Source of the DNA: an uncultured Verrucomicrobiae bacterium
GTDB taxonomy: Bacteria > Verrucomicrobiota > Verrucomicrobiia > Chthoniobacterales > JAFAMB01
NCBI GenBank assembly: GCA_963762565.1
Contig: CAVXLD010000001.1
Location: 608,001-672,000, forward strand
Direction: 5' to 3'
DNA length: 64,000 nucleotides
A program made the translations under genes and the position numbers. The notes under the pieces were generated by a model that saw only the letters and a list, made by a program, of their open reading frames with translations, made no database searches and was not told the origin of the DNA. Of this stretch, positions 30,920 to 40,680 are shown in pieces. Position 1 is the stretch's first letter, and each line of letters starts with the position of its first letter.

Positions 30920-33345
30920 GTGATCGGGTTAATCCGGGCCGCGCGTAGCGCCGGTAATAAACAGGCTAAGGTCCCAGCCAGCCCAAGAACAAGAATGGCG
31001 AGCCCCAGTGTAATCGGATCTGCTGGGGAGACTCCATAGAGTAGTCCTGCGATCAAGGGCGCTGCCACCAGCGCGGCGCCGATTCCTATCACCAGCCCGA
31101 CGCAGACGATCTTGAGTCCTTGTTCGGTGATTAGTCTTAGGATATTGCGGGATTGCGCTCCCAATGCGACACGGATGCCAATCTCGCGTGTCCGCTGGCC
31201 GACGGCATACGCTAGAATACCATAGAGCCCCGTTGCCGATAGGAAAAGCGCGGCGCCGGAAAACAAAGTTACCAGCAGCATGCATAATTTTCGAGTCGCG
31301 AAGTTTTTGGCAATGACATCGTCGTAAGTGCTCACTTCGTAGACCGGCACCCCTGGATCGATCGAACTGACTACTTTGCGAACCGCCGGAACCAAGACGC
31401 CTGGATCAAGGTCCGAACGCAAGATCAGGTACTCAGAATCAAAATTCCATTGGTTATAGGGGAAATAGGCTTGGAATGCGGTCTCCGTCTGACCGGGGCT
31501 TTTGTAACGAAGATGCGGCACGACCCCGACGATGGTGCAATTCTGCGTGCCCTGCATTTGCTGAACGGTGATGTCCTTGCCGAGAGGATTTTGACCCGGG
31601 AAATAATGTTCCGCCAGAGCAGCGTCGACAATAACGACGTCCGATTTATTCACGGTATCTTGCGAATTAAAATCGCGCCCCTGAAGAAGGGGAACCTGCA
31701 GCGTGCGAAAGTAATCCGAAGAAACCATCTGCCAAGCCAGAACCGGCTGGCGACCCGGGCCAGGGTCTGGTTGCCCGTCGATGGTGAAACGGAACAGGAG
31801 CTCCGTATTGTCTTTCAGCGGCGGAAAGTCATTTAGCGCCGCGTCGGTCACCCCGGGTAGCTGGCGGACCTTCGTGCTTACCGCATCCCAGAAGGCCCGG
31901 GTCCGGGCACCGTCGTTCTCGTATTTAGCGCTGGTAATAGAAATCCCTGCGGTAAGCAGATGATGCGGGTTGAAACCGAGCGGGATATTTTGGGCGGCTT
32001 GGAAGCTGCGGACCAGCAATCCCGCTCCAATCAATAGGACACAGGCCAGCGCCACTTGTGCGGTCACCAGAGCGGATTGGGTGCGATGGCGCTGCGGACC
32101 GCTAGTCCCCGCGCGGCCACCTTCATCTTTTAGCCCGGGAGCAAGGCTAGCCCGAGAAAGATTCAAAGCTGGGAGGAGCCCTGAAAGCACTGATGTGAGC
32201 AGGATTACCACAAATACAAACAGCAACGCGTTCAGATCGACGGTGAGCTCCTGAAAACGATATAGACCCGGCGGACTCAGCTTTTTTATAGTCTCAGCAG
32301 AACCAAGAGCAATCGCCAGGCCGAGTATGCTGCCGAAGAACGTTAGAACCATTGTTTCCAGAAGAAGCTGAGCAATCAGCTGCCGCCGACTGGCGCCGAG
32401 GGCAGTTCGCACCATCATCTCCCGGCGACGGTGCAAACCGCGCGCAAAAAGAAGATTGGCGACGTTCGCGCTGGAAATTAACAAGAGACAACCAACGGCA
32501 ACTCCTAAAAGCCACGTGGTGGCTGCATAATCGTTTACCATGCTATCGAGCAGCGGGATTATGCGAAGTCCATAGCCTCGATTAGTACCCGGGTACCGGG
32601 CTGACAGGTTGGTATGGATGGTCTCGAGGTCCGCTTGCGCCTGCGCGACACTCACTCCAGGCTTCAATCGGCCAAGGCAAAGAAAAAAATGGATGTCCCG
32701 AAGCGCCATGGCATCACCGCGATTGGTAGGGAACAATCCGAAAGGGGCAAGAGTATTGGCCGGCACGTAAACATCGGTTGCAGGCGGGCCCCAGTCGTTT
32801 ACTTGAGCAGGAACCACCCCGATCACCTGAAAACTGTGTTCACTGAGGGTGATATTCTTACCAATGATCTCCGGATCAGAATGAAACCGGGTCTTCCAAC
32901 AACGATCGCTTAGGACCGCGAGCAGAGGCCCGTTGGGAATATCCTCCTGATCAGTGAACACACGACCGAGAACAGCCGGGAGGCCGGTCACCTTAAAAAT
33001 GGTGGGAGAAACAAAACCAATCTGGAGGTGTGCTGGCTCCTTATCGCTGCTCAGATCAAGACTGTACCGGCCCACCACAGCCAATGCTGCGAACGTATGC
33101 TGAGCAGCGCTCATATCGACGTAGTCAGGATAATCAACGGCCATGAACGGGTTGTTCTGGTAAGGCTCACAAACCCGGACCAGCCGATCAGGCTCCGGAT
33201 ACGGCAGCGGCTTAAGGATAACCGCATCGATCAAGCTGAAGATGGCGGTGTTAGTCCCGATGCCGAAGCCCAGGATGAGGACGGCTATGATGGTGAAACC
33301 TGGCGATTTTAGCAGGACGCGGATGTTTTGGCGGAGATGGCGCAC
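30904..33345 (-). CDS. ADOP orphan permease, array copy 1
   Basis: Intact 813-aa ORF, GTG start, ending INPITALRE. Confidence 0.92.
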   Translation of the reverse strand: MRHLRQNIRVLLKSPGFTIIAVLILGFGIGTNTAIFSLIDAVILKPLPYPEPDRLVRVCEPYQNNPFMAVDYPDYVDMSAAQHTFAALAVVGRYSLDLSSDKEPAHLQIGFVSPTIFKVTGLPAVLGRVFTDQEDIPNGPLLAVLSDRCWKTRFHSDPEIIGKNITLSEHSFQVIGVVPAQVNDWGPPATDVYVPANTLAPFGLFPTNRGDAMALRDIHFFLCLGRLKPGVSVAQAQADLETIHTNLSARYPGTNRGYGLRIIPLLDSMVNDYAATTWLLGVAVGCLLLISSANVANLLFARGLHRRREMMVRTALGASRRQLIAQLLLETMVLTFFGSILGLAIALGSAETIKKLSPPGLYRFQELTVDLNALLFVFVVILLTSVLSGLLPALNLSRASLAPGLKDEGGRAGTSGPQRHRTQSALVTAQVALACVLLIGAGLLVRSFQAAQNIPLGFNPHHLLTAGISITSAKYENDGARTRAFWDAVSTKVRQLPGVTDAALNDFPPLKDNTELLFRFTIDGQPDPGPGRQPVLAWQMVSSDYFRTLQVPLLQGRDFNSQDTVNKSDVVIVDAALAEHYFPGQNPLGKDITVQQMQGTQNCTIVGVVPHLRYKSPGQTETAFQAYFPYNQWNFDSEYLILRSDLDPGVLVPAVRKVVSSIDPGVPVYEVSTYDDVIAKNFATRKLCMLLVTLFSGAALFLSATGLYGILAYAVGQRTREIGIRVALGAQSRNILRLITEQGLKIVCVGLVIGIGAALVAAPLIAGLLYGVSPADPITLGLAILVLGLAGTLACLLPALRAARINPITALRE

Positions 33346-33524
33346 GGGGGAGTAAGAGGTGAAAAGTGAAAGGTTAGAGGTGAAAGGTTAGTAATCAGTA
33401 GGTCAGTGATCAGTGCGGGAGCTAGGAGTCTGTCTTTGTTTGTGATCTTTGTGTTCTTTTGCGGCTATCTGTCATTTGGGATTTGTCATCTGTCATGCGC
33501 TTCGCCTTGGCTATCGGCTATTGA

Positions 33525-33630
33525 TCATGCGCGTAGCGGCCCCTGGGTCCGGTTGGCCGGTGATGGTAAATCCCGGCGATTTGAGCAATAGCCGGAGCGT
33601 GTAACGCAAGGACGGCAGTAGGCGATCCAT
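33525..33630 (-). pseudogene. collapsed ADOP remnant at the head of the array
   Basis: ATG...[24 protein letters not shown], then GQPDPG, then cgctacgcgcatga (ADOP-type 3' end), followed by the same downstream motif as the full copies. Confidence 0.75.
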
Positions 33631-33660
33631 GGTTTTGCGAGGGTTGTCCTGTTATTAGGG

Positions 33661-33677
33661 CGCAGCTTACATGCCAA
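33661..33677 (-). promoter_or_regulatory. putative sigma54 promoter driving the ADOP array
   Basis: Minus strand TTGGCATGTAAGCTGCG (GG-N10-GC), 30 bp upstream of the remnant ATG. Confidence 0.6.
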
Positions 33678-33849
33678 CTCGATACCGGCAGACATCGGCG
33701 CCGGTAGAGATGCTAAAAAATTATATCTCTACCGATAAACTCTTGTGCTAGAGAACTAGTCGCGTGCAGAGCAGTACTCGGGACCAAAAGCCACCGGGGA
33801 CTCGAATGTCCCAAAATGAGAGCAATTTGTCTCATTTTGAGACGCTAAC

Positions 33850-34260
33850 TTACGAAAGCGCTTCGAACACCAGTTGCAATGCGCCCTTAACAGCATTCGT
33901 CCACGCTGCAACCGTGGCTGGATCGTTCTCCTCAGGATCATCCCAATTTATGGTAAACGCGGTAAAGACCCAGCGGTTGGAAAAGAACATCCCACCTGCG
34001 TAACCTAATGCGTGGTCTCCTGGGTAATCAATACTGCCACCTTTGCCGAACCCGGTTGCACCCAACGGCACCAGCAGGCGGACTGCACCCCCAAGGCTTA
34101 GAATGAACTGAAAGGCGTCCAACGTTGCCGCAGCCAAGAAGAAGTCGCCGACTAACGCGCGGGAATAGTACGAAACTAAATCGTTCGCCGAGGACGCCAA
34201 AGTAATCGTATTGTTGAGGGGCGGGTTAACAAGTGGAGCGTTGGTTAGACTACTGGAGCG
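33850..34260 (-). pseudogene. C-terminal fragment of a probable serine hydrolase / class A beta-lactamase-like protein
   Basis: ANDLVSYYSRAL...F.KGGSID...FTAFTINW resembles the KTG-box region; in-frame stops upstream and no SxxK motif. Confidence 0.4.
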
Positions 34261-34373
34261 GAGGCCTGTCCCTAACCAGCATCATCCGAACAGCTTGATG
34301 GGGATCCGCTAAACCCGATTTTGGTAAATTGTTGGGCATATTTCTCCGCCCAGTCGCCGTTCTCGGATTCGTT

Positions 34374-35888
34374 TTAACCGAGGTGAATCCAGACAGACTT
34401 TGTATGCGTGACGGTCAGCAAAGTTTCAAGACATTTATCTCGTCCGGTGCCGGACTGTTTGAACCCGCCCCAAGGCTGAGTCATATCGCCGTGGTCAAAG
34501 CAGTTAACCCAAATCACGCCGGCATCGATGTCCCTGGCCATTTTGTGAGCTGCGGTCACATCAGAGGTCCAGATCCCGGCAGCAAGGCCGTATATCGAAT
34601 CGTTGGCGATATTTACGGCCTCATCGAGGGTCGAGAAACCGAGTACGGCGCCAACTGGTCCAAAGATCTCTTCCTTGGCGATCTGCATCTGATTGTTCAC
34701 TTCGCTAAACAAGGTCGGCGCCACATAGGAGCCGCGGTTGTAGCCTGCAGGGATATTTCCCCCAAGCACGAGTTCAGCACCCTCTGTTTTGCCGATATCA
34801 ATAAACGAAAGAACCTTTTGTTGTTGGCTCCGGCTTACCAGAGGGCCCATGGTGGTAGCGGGATCAAGCGGATCACCTAATCGTACCGTTGCTCCTACTT
34901 TTTCCTTAAATCGTTCGATGAATTCGTGGCGAATAGTCCCGTCGACTAAAATCCGGGATCCGGCGCTGCACATCTCGCCTTTGTTCCCGTAGATTCCGTT
35001 GACCGCGTAGGCGACGGCGACGTCTAGATCTGGAACCTGGGCGGTGATGATCTGCGGTGATTTACCGCCGGTTTCCACCGTAACGCGTTTCAGGTTCGAT
35101 TCACCTGCGTAAACCATCATTAATTTGCCGACCGTGGTGGAGCCAGTGAAGCTGATTTTGTCGACATCCATGTGTAGAGCCAGCGCTTTCCCGACAATGC
35201 TACCGGCACCGTGCACTACGTTGAATACGCCCGGCGGGCCGCCGGCCTCCACGAACAGTTGAGCCAAGAGGGTAGAGGATAACGGTGATAGTTCGGCCGG
35301 CTTCAGCACGACGGAGTTACCTGCCGCTAACGCCGGGGCCACCTTCCAGGCGTTCATCAGTAACGGATAGTTCCAAGGTGTGATACACGCCACTACCCCC
35401 AGCGGCTGGCGCAGAATGTAATGGAAGGCATCGGACGCCGTGTTGGTAACGACTCCCTCGATTTTGTCGATGGTTTCTCCGAAGTATTGAAAGGTCAGCG
35501 CTGCGGCTGGGACATCGCCCGTGAGCATTTCTACCACCGGTTTGCCAACATCCAGCGAATCGAGCAGAGCAAACTCGAGCGCATGCTCATCGATCAAGTT
35601 CGCCAAACGATAAAGAACCTCCATGCGGGCGCGTGGTTCCATGCGCGCCCAAACACCGGACTTAAACGCTTTGCGAGCCGAGGCTACCGCAAGATCGACA
35701 TCTTCGCCGGTCCCTGCCGGCACCGTCGCTAAGACTTGATCATTTGCCGGATTGACGGTCTCGAATCGAGCTCCAGAATTTGTGTCCACCAACTCTCCGT
35801 TGATGAACATGCGCGTTTCCGGTTTTAGGGCCGCAGCGTACCGCCGAAATTCATCGTAACTCAGCGCTCTGGCTTCTTTAGCGTTCAT
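34374..35888 (-). CDS. NAD(P)-dependent aldehyde dehydrogenase (PuuC/betaine-aldehyde-like)
   Basis: ITPWNYP, FTGST, ETGGKSP, catalytic GEMCSAG, EEIFGPV and PWGGFKQSG motifs. Confidence 0.93.
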   Translation of the reverse strand: MNAKEARALSYDEFRRYAAALKPETRMFINGELVDTNSGARFETVNPANDQVLATVPAGTGEDVDLAVASARKAFKSGVWARMEPRARMEVLYRLANLIDEHALEFALLDSLDVGKPVVEMLTGDVPAAALTFQYFGETIDKIEGVVTNTASDAFHYILRQPLGVVACITPWNYPLLMNAWKVAPALAAGNSVVLKPAELSPLSSTLLAQLFVEAGGPPGVFNVVHGAGSIVGKALALHMDVDKISFTGSTTVGKLMMVYAGESNLKRVTVETGGKSPQIITAQVPDLDVAVAYAVNGIYGNKGEMCSAGSRILVDGTIRHEFIERFKEKVGATVRLGDPLDPATTMGPLVSRSQQQKVLSFIDIGKTEGAELVLGGNIPAGYNRGSYVAPTLFSEVNNQMQIAKEEIFGPVGAVLGFSTLDEAVNIANDSIYGLAAGIWTSDVTAAHKMARDIDAGVIWVNCFDHGDMTQPWGGFKQSGTGRDKCLETLLTVTHTKSVWIHLG

Positions 35889-35904
35889 CGCCAAAATCCT
35901 ATTT

Positions 35905-36434
35905 AGATCCGCAGATTACTCAGATTACGCAGATTTCTTTGGGGTTGAGCTAAGGTGTTGCGTCATGGGACCAGACAAAGCGCTGGTGCTGCAAACTTGT
36001 AGCTCCGAAGTTGAAGACCAGGCCCCTTTGGTGCCGGCCAGCTTTCAAGTAATTTAGAACTTGAGCTGTCTCTACGTCGCCGAGTTTGCCCAAGGCTTTG
36101 AGCTCGACGATGATTGAGTCGTAACAAAGCACGTCAGCTCGATAGGATGAGCGGAGTTCTCGGCCTTTGTAAAAAACCGGCATCGCGGCTTGGGGATAGA
36201 AAGGAATTCTTCGATCGGTGAGCTCGAGTTCGAGCGCCTCCTGGTACACCGGTTCCAGAAAGCCGCATCCGAGTTCCTTATGAACCTCCAGCGCCGCTCC
36301 AATGATTTGATAGGTTTGATCATCCATGCGAAATAATAACATATTAACATAATGTTCTCTACGTCGAATCTCAACCCCGGCGGTACCATTACTCCCAAAA
36401 CAAAATCTGCGTAATCTGTGTAATCTGCGGATCT
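35905..36434. mobile_element. putative GxxExxY element bounded by 32-bp inverted repeats
   Basis: agatccgcagattactcagattacgcagattt (35905-35936) vs aaatctgcgtaatctgtgtaatctgcggatct (36403-36434), 1 mismatch; interrupts the Rieske-ALDH junction. Confidence 0.65.
35950..36342 (-). CDS. GxxExxY protein (PD-(D/E)XK nuclease superfamily)
   Basis: IIGAALEVHKELGCGFLEPVYQEAL, YRAD, VELKA, AQVLNYLKA and NFG motifs. Confidence 0.92.
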   Translation of the reverse strand: MLLFRMDDQTYQIIGAALEVHKELGCGFLEPVYQEALELELTDRRIPFYPQAAMPVFYKGRELRSSYRADVLCYDSIIVELKALGKLGDVETAQVLNYLKAGRHQRGLVFNFGATSLQHQRFVWSHDATP

Positions 36435-36453
36435 TTTCGTTTTTGCCGGTTTC

Positions 36454-38754
36454 TCAAAGATCGAGCACAACCTCCCGTTCCCCGCCGGAAGCGGTCTGGG
36501 CCAGATCAGAGCGAGGAATCGAGCAACAGAGCAAAACTTCGCCTGGGCCGCGCACCGCCACCGGTTCTTCCAAGTAATCGACTGCGCCGTTGCTAATGCG
36601 CGTGGTACAGGTCCCGCAGATACCGGAGCGGCACCCGAACTTCGGAGCTAAACCGATCGATTCGGCAAGCTCGAGCAAAGTGCCTTTGTCGCGTGACCAT
36701 TCGGCGGTGGTTCCCGATTTGGCAAACCGAACCCGGACCGGAGGAACGTCAGCGTGACCAGGCTCGATCACTGTTTGCGGCCTTCTTTCCGGTTTCAGAA
36801 CCGTTGCCGGACCGAAGGACTCGTAATGGATTCGTTCCTCCCGGACGCCGATTCCGGTGAGGCCATCATAAAGCGATTTCATGAAGGGCGGCGGACCACA
36901 GAGATAAAAGTCGTAGTCGCCAAACGGGAGCATCTGTTTGAGTGTTTCGATGCTGATCCATCCAACGGAATCGCACTGATTATCCGGTCCTGCGTCAGGC
37001 TCCGGATGACTGTAGGCGATATGCACTTTCAGTCCCGGATGCTGGCCGGTGAGATCCCGGATATGCTTGGAGAACGCGTGCACCCTGTGGTTATGAGTAC
37101 CATGGATGAAGTAAGCAGGTCGAAACTTCCCCGTGCGGCGCCCCTCGTCGACCAGGTATTCAGCCATCGCGATCATTGGGGTAATGCCGACGCCGCCAGA
37201 AATCAGTACCGGTATTCGACCGTTAGAATTGAGAATAAATTTACCCCGGGGTGCAGCCGCCTCCAGTCGAAAGCCGGGCTTTGCATTGGCATGCAAAAAC
37301 GGTGAGACCAGTGCGTTTCCTCCTTCGCGGCGGATACTCAAGCGATAGTGATCGGCATTTGGAGCAGCCGAAAGTGTGTAAGTGCGTAACGCAGGCTCTT
37401 TTTGCCCGGGGATCGTTATCCGAATCGGTAAAAACTGGCCCGGTTCCCAAGGTTGAAGCGCCTGGCTGTCCGGACGCCGAAAATAGAAGGAAGTGATAAT
37501 ATCGCTTTCGGGCTCCACCTTAAACAATTCTAACTCGACATAAGCGCTCCGCTCAGTCTCTGAAGCCGCTGAAGAGGTCGGAGCGACCGAGATCGTTTCC
37601 GAAACTCCCCGCACGTCTTCCGCCATCGATTTGAGCGCTGTCGCGTCGCCGGCGACCGCGCTAGCAACCAGCTTTTGAAAATGACCAACCAGATGCTCAG
37701 CCCGGGTCAGAAACCTGCCCCGTTCCGGTATGGCCGCTCGCAATCCGCGCTGGACCGAGTCGGTAAGGACATCATCTTCGAGGCCGACCTGAACGTTGAA
37801 TCCAATCAGTTCTTGCGCGAATTCCTGCGAGACACCAGGGCCGAAATACTGTTCAGAGAAGCCCTTCGTGCCATTGGGGCCATTTGGTATCCAGACATCG
37901 ATCGAAAGATTCGGGAACCCAGGATTGATATTGACCGTCATGTTTGGCCAGAGCAGGTGATATTGGGCTTGGGCGACTTCACCTCTGGCGTCGTAAATCT
38001 TGACCTGGCTTTTACCTTCCAACGCGGACTGCCGTACCTGACCGACCTGACTCATGAACCAGCCGTGCACACCGAGATTGTAGTTCTCCGGTAAAACATC
38101 GATCGCGGCGCTGAAGCCCGGATGGGCTACGGCGCAGTGATAACATTCGAGATAATTCTCGAGCATGGTCTTCCAATTAGAGTAGGACTCCCATTCTCCG
38201 CGCTCGTACAAAACCAGAGAATCAAGATCGATCCCGCTCCCAGCAACAATCTCAAGCAATTTGCCGAATTGGGTCTTTACGGGTGAGGCACTCGGATCTG
38301 CGTTGACAAAAACCCACGGGCCCAGCGTATCGACTTTGAGCGGCAGAAGCGGATAATCCTCAAGTCGAAAGTTAGGTTCTGTCGCCGTTCGCGGCGCACC
38401 CTTCAGGCGGCCCGTTAGATCGTAGGTCCAGGCGTGATAACCGCATTGCATCATTTGGGCATTTCCACAGCCCTTCATCACTTCGTGCCGGCGATGCCGG
38501 CAAACATTGTTCAACGCGGTCAGACCGCCTTCGTTACGGATTACCACGGCGGGGATACCGCCCACATAACCGGTGATATAATCGCCGATATTGGTTAGCT
38601 GTTTGAGCGGGCCGATGTAATTCCAGCTTTTCCTGAAGATCTGACTAATCTCTCGGTCAGTGATCGAGGGATCGGTATACCAATACGCGGGTAGGCTTTC
38701 ACCACGGTCGAGGCCGGCTACCAAGCCGGCTAGGTTTTCACTAGATTGGTTCAT
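36454..38754 (-). CDS. fused Rieske non-heme iron oxygenase (choline/carnitine monooxygenase-like alpha subunit) + FAD/NAD reductase + [2Fe-2S] ferredoxin
   Basis: Rieske CRH...CGYH; mononuclear Fe ENYLECYHCAVAH...ED; reductase RTYTLS, GGVGITP, CGPPPFM; ferredoxin CRSGICGTC...C; single uninterrupted 766-aa ORF. Confidence 0.9.
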   Translation of the reverse strand: MNQSSENLAGLVAGLDRGESLPAYWYTDPSITDREISQIFRKSWNYIGPLKQLTNIGDYITGYVGGIPAVVIRNEGGLTALNNVCRHRRHEVMKGCGNAQMMQCGYHAWTYDLTGRLKGAPRTATEPNFRLEDYPLLPLKVDTLGPWVFVNADPSASPVKTQFGKLLEIVAGSGIDLDSLVLYERGEWESYSNWKTMLENYLECYHCAVAHPGFSAAIDVLPENYNLGVHGWFMSQVGQVRQSALEGKSQVKIYDARGEVAQAQYHLLWPNMTVNINPGFPNLSIDVWIPNGPNGTKGFSEQYFGPGVSQEFAQELIGFNVQVGLEDDVLTDSVQRGLRAAIPERGRFLTRAEHLVGHFQKLVASAVAGDATALKSMAEDVRGVSETISVAPTSSAASETERSAYVELELFKVEPESDIITSFYFRRPDSQALQPWEPGQFLPIRITIPGQKEPALRTYTLSAAPNADHYRLSIRREGGNALVSPFLHANAKPGFRLEAAAPRGKFILNSNGRIPVLISGGVGITPMIAMAEYLVDEGRRTGKFRPAYFIHGTHNHRVHAFSKHIRDLTGQHPGLKVHIAYSHPEPDAGPDNQCDSVGWISIETLKQMLPFGDYDFYLCGPPPFMKSLYDGLTGIGVREERIHYESFGPATVLKPERRPQTVIEPGHADVPPVRVRFAKSGTTAEWSRDKGTLLELAESIGLAPKFGCRSGICGTCTTRISNGAVDYLEEPVAVRGPGEVLLCCSIPRSDLAQTASGGEREVVLDL

Positions 38755-39959
38755 ATTATTTTCGCTGGTTTTTCGCTATTCCCATTAGCTAAAGCTTCCG
38801 ATGCGGGTGCTGGCGTGCCTTTTATCAGGAGTGGAAGGGAGAGAACCAGGACCGCAGAAACGCACAACAAGGTTTGATAAAATTGGAGGTGCCCCGCTGC
38901 AGTTGCTACGGCATTACTGGCCATCATCCCTATGGAGTAGGCGATGTTGTAGACTGCATAGACCGCCGTGTAACAACGGAGCCCGCGCCGGTCAACCGCG
39001 TTGCCGAGTTCTGCGGAAGTCGGGTTAAGCATGAAGGCAAACGACATGCTGACCAGACACAAACCGAATCCAGTAAGGACGATTCCTGGTAGGAGTCCAA
39101 GGAGCGGCAGAGTAATCGCCATAGCGAGGGTACCGCCAGCAATCACGATTTTAGTCGGCGCCAGGGTAGCGACCCGACTCACCACCGGAGTAATCAGCCC
39201 AAAAGCGATCGTTGATATGGTGAAAATCATCCCAATCGTGGAAGGAGTTGCCTCGGATCGGCTGAGATGTTCGGGTAGAAGCGGCTCCACAATTCCCCAG
39301 CCGAACGCGGCCAGGGCGACGGCCAATCCCGGCACCAACACTGATTTATCCACCAACAGCGCAAATAGTTCCGCGTTAGACCCGCGATAAGTTACTTTTC
39401 CCGGTAACAGAAAGATGCGTTGCACCGCATCGATCCCGACTAAGACAATCAGAATAAGAAACGGCAACGCGTAGCCGCCGGCTTGATAGAGGAATCCGCC
39501 GGCCACAGGTCCTAGCACCGAACCGGCCGTGCTACCCGCGAGGGCTAAACCCATCATCTGAACCCGGTTTTTAACGTAACCTTCCGCGATCAGCGCCAGT
39601 CCGGCGGTCCAGGTAGCGGCGGACGCGGCGCCCTGGCAAACACGAGCCAGCAATACCAGGGGAAAATTGCCGCCGAACCAGAATAGAAGCGTGGCCGTTA
39701 GGGATAACAGGACCCCTAAGATTACGATGCGCTTGCCGCCGATCTGGTTACCCAGCAGTCCGAAAACTGGGGTGGCAACAAAGACACCGATAGCGTACCC
39801 GCCATAGAGCAAAGCAAGTCCCTCGTGACCACTAATTTGAGCAGGAGAGTAAGCCGTCAGCGGTACAACCAACCCATAGATGAAATAATCCAGGAACAGC
39901 GCATACGTAATAACGTAAAACACTTTCCAGGAACCTAGCCGCCTGAACGAACCCAACAT
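38751..39959 (-). CDS. MFS transporter (DHA1/SLC18 amine-transporter-like)
   Basis: About 12 TM; ALFLDYFIYGLVVP, ARVCQGAASAATWTAGLALIA, GPVAGGFLY, EPLLP and YTAVYAVYNIAYSIG motifs; overlaps the Rieske gene start. Confidence 0.85.
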   Translation of the reverse strand: MLGSFRRLGSWKVFYVITYALFLDYFIYGLVVPLTAYSPAQISGHEGLALLYGGYAIGVFVATPVFGLLGNQIGGKRIVILGVLLSLTATLLFWFGGNFPLVLLARVCQGAASAATWTAGLALIAEGYVKNRVQMMGLALAGSTAGSVLGPVAGGFLYQAGGYALPFLILIVLVGIDAVQRIFLLPGKVTYRGSNAELFALLVDKSVLVPGLAVALAAFGWGIVEPLLPEHLSRSEATPSTIGMIFTISTIAFGLITPVVSRVATLAPTKIVIAGGTLAMAITLPLLGLLPGIVLTGFGLCLVSMSFAFMLNPTSAELGNAVDRRGLRCYTAVYAVYNIAYSIGMMASNAVATAAGHLQFYQTLLCVSAVLVLSLPLLIKGTPAPASEALANGNSEKPAKII

Positions 39960-40246
39960 TGGACATTAAGACCAAACCAATTAGCTCCTGCCGAAGAGCC
40001 GCAGATACAAAAGCGTCCTGGAAAAGAAACGGGGTCGTCCTGAGCGAACAAATCGGGGGGGAGAGCTGTAAGCTTAGTACTTCAAGATGACGAGTTCAAG
40101 AAGTTCTAGGAATTCTAGGATTTCTAGGAGTCCGGGGAGTTCTAGGAGCACGACCGTGGAGCGTTGCCTCGGTTCCTCCTCGGCCTTAAAACCGTCGTTC
40201 TCGAAAGCGTGTTCTTAGGGAGCGCTTCGAATTGGTCTGCAGCCGT

Positions 40247-40448
40247 GGAGGGGAGCCGCTTTGTAAGATGGCAAGTCTATCGGTTTCTAGCAGGCGGCTC
40301 CCGGAAACGGTCCCTGATGCGTTTGTTCTATCAACTCTGCAAGCCCCGTTTTCGAAAGGCCGAGCGGCGATGGAACACGCTGGGTCCTTCCCGGGAGCCG
40401 CCTGCTAGAAACCGATAGACTTGCCATCTTACAAAGCGGCTCCCCTCC
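40247..40448. mobile_element. MITE/REPIN-like element with perfect 58-bp inverted arms, nested in a GTGGAGCG REP pair (40156-40574)
   Basis: 40247-40304 is the exact reverse complement of 40391-40448. Confidence 0.8.
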
Positions 40449-40680
40449 GGCGCGCGGCACACCAATGCCGTACGCTGGGACCGAAACCGGATTCGAGGAC
40501 AGCTTGTCCGCCGAAGCCCAGGCTCTATTTCGTCACCCGCCCAAAGTCGGCCTCGCAAGCGAGGCGCGCTCCACAAGAAGTAATCGGCAAAGACGGAAGG
40601 ACGAGAACGAAGCGCCTTCTAAGTTTTGCGCCCTTTTTGCGGCGATCCCCAATCTTCGTATAGTCCTCCCGACTTCAGAA

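Noticed and set aside
20103..33345. Diversity-generating retroelement acting on the ADOP paralogues
   Set aside because: No reverse transcriptase, and no near-identical TR/VR pair with adenine-specific differences seen.
40465..40680. N-terminal extension of the TIR-heme ORF (512-aa call)
   Set aside because: It runs through REP sequence; the TIR begins right after the ATG at 40681.
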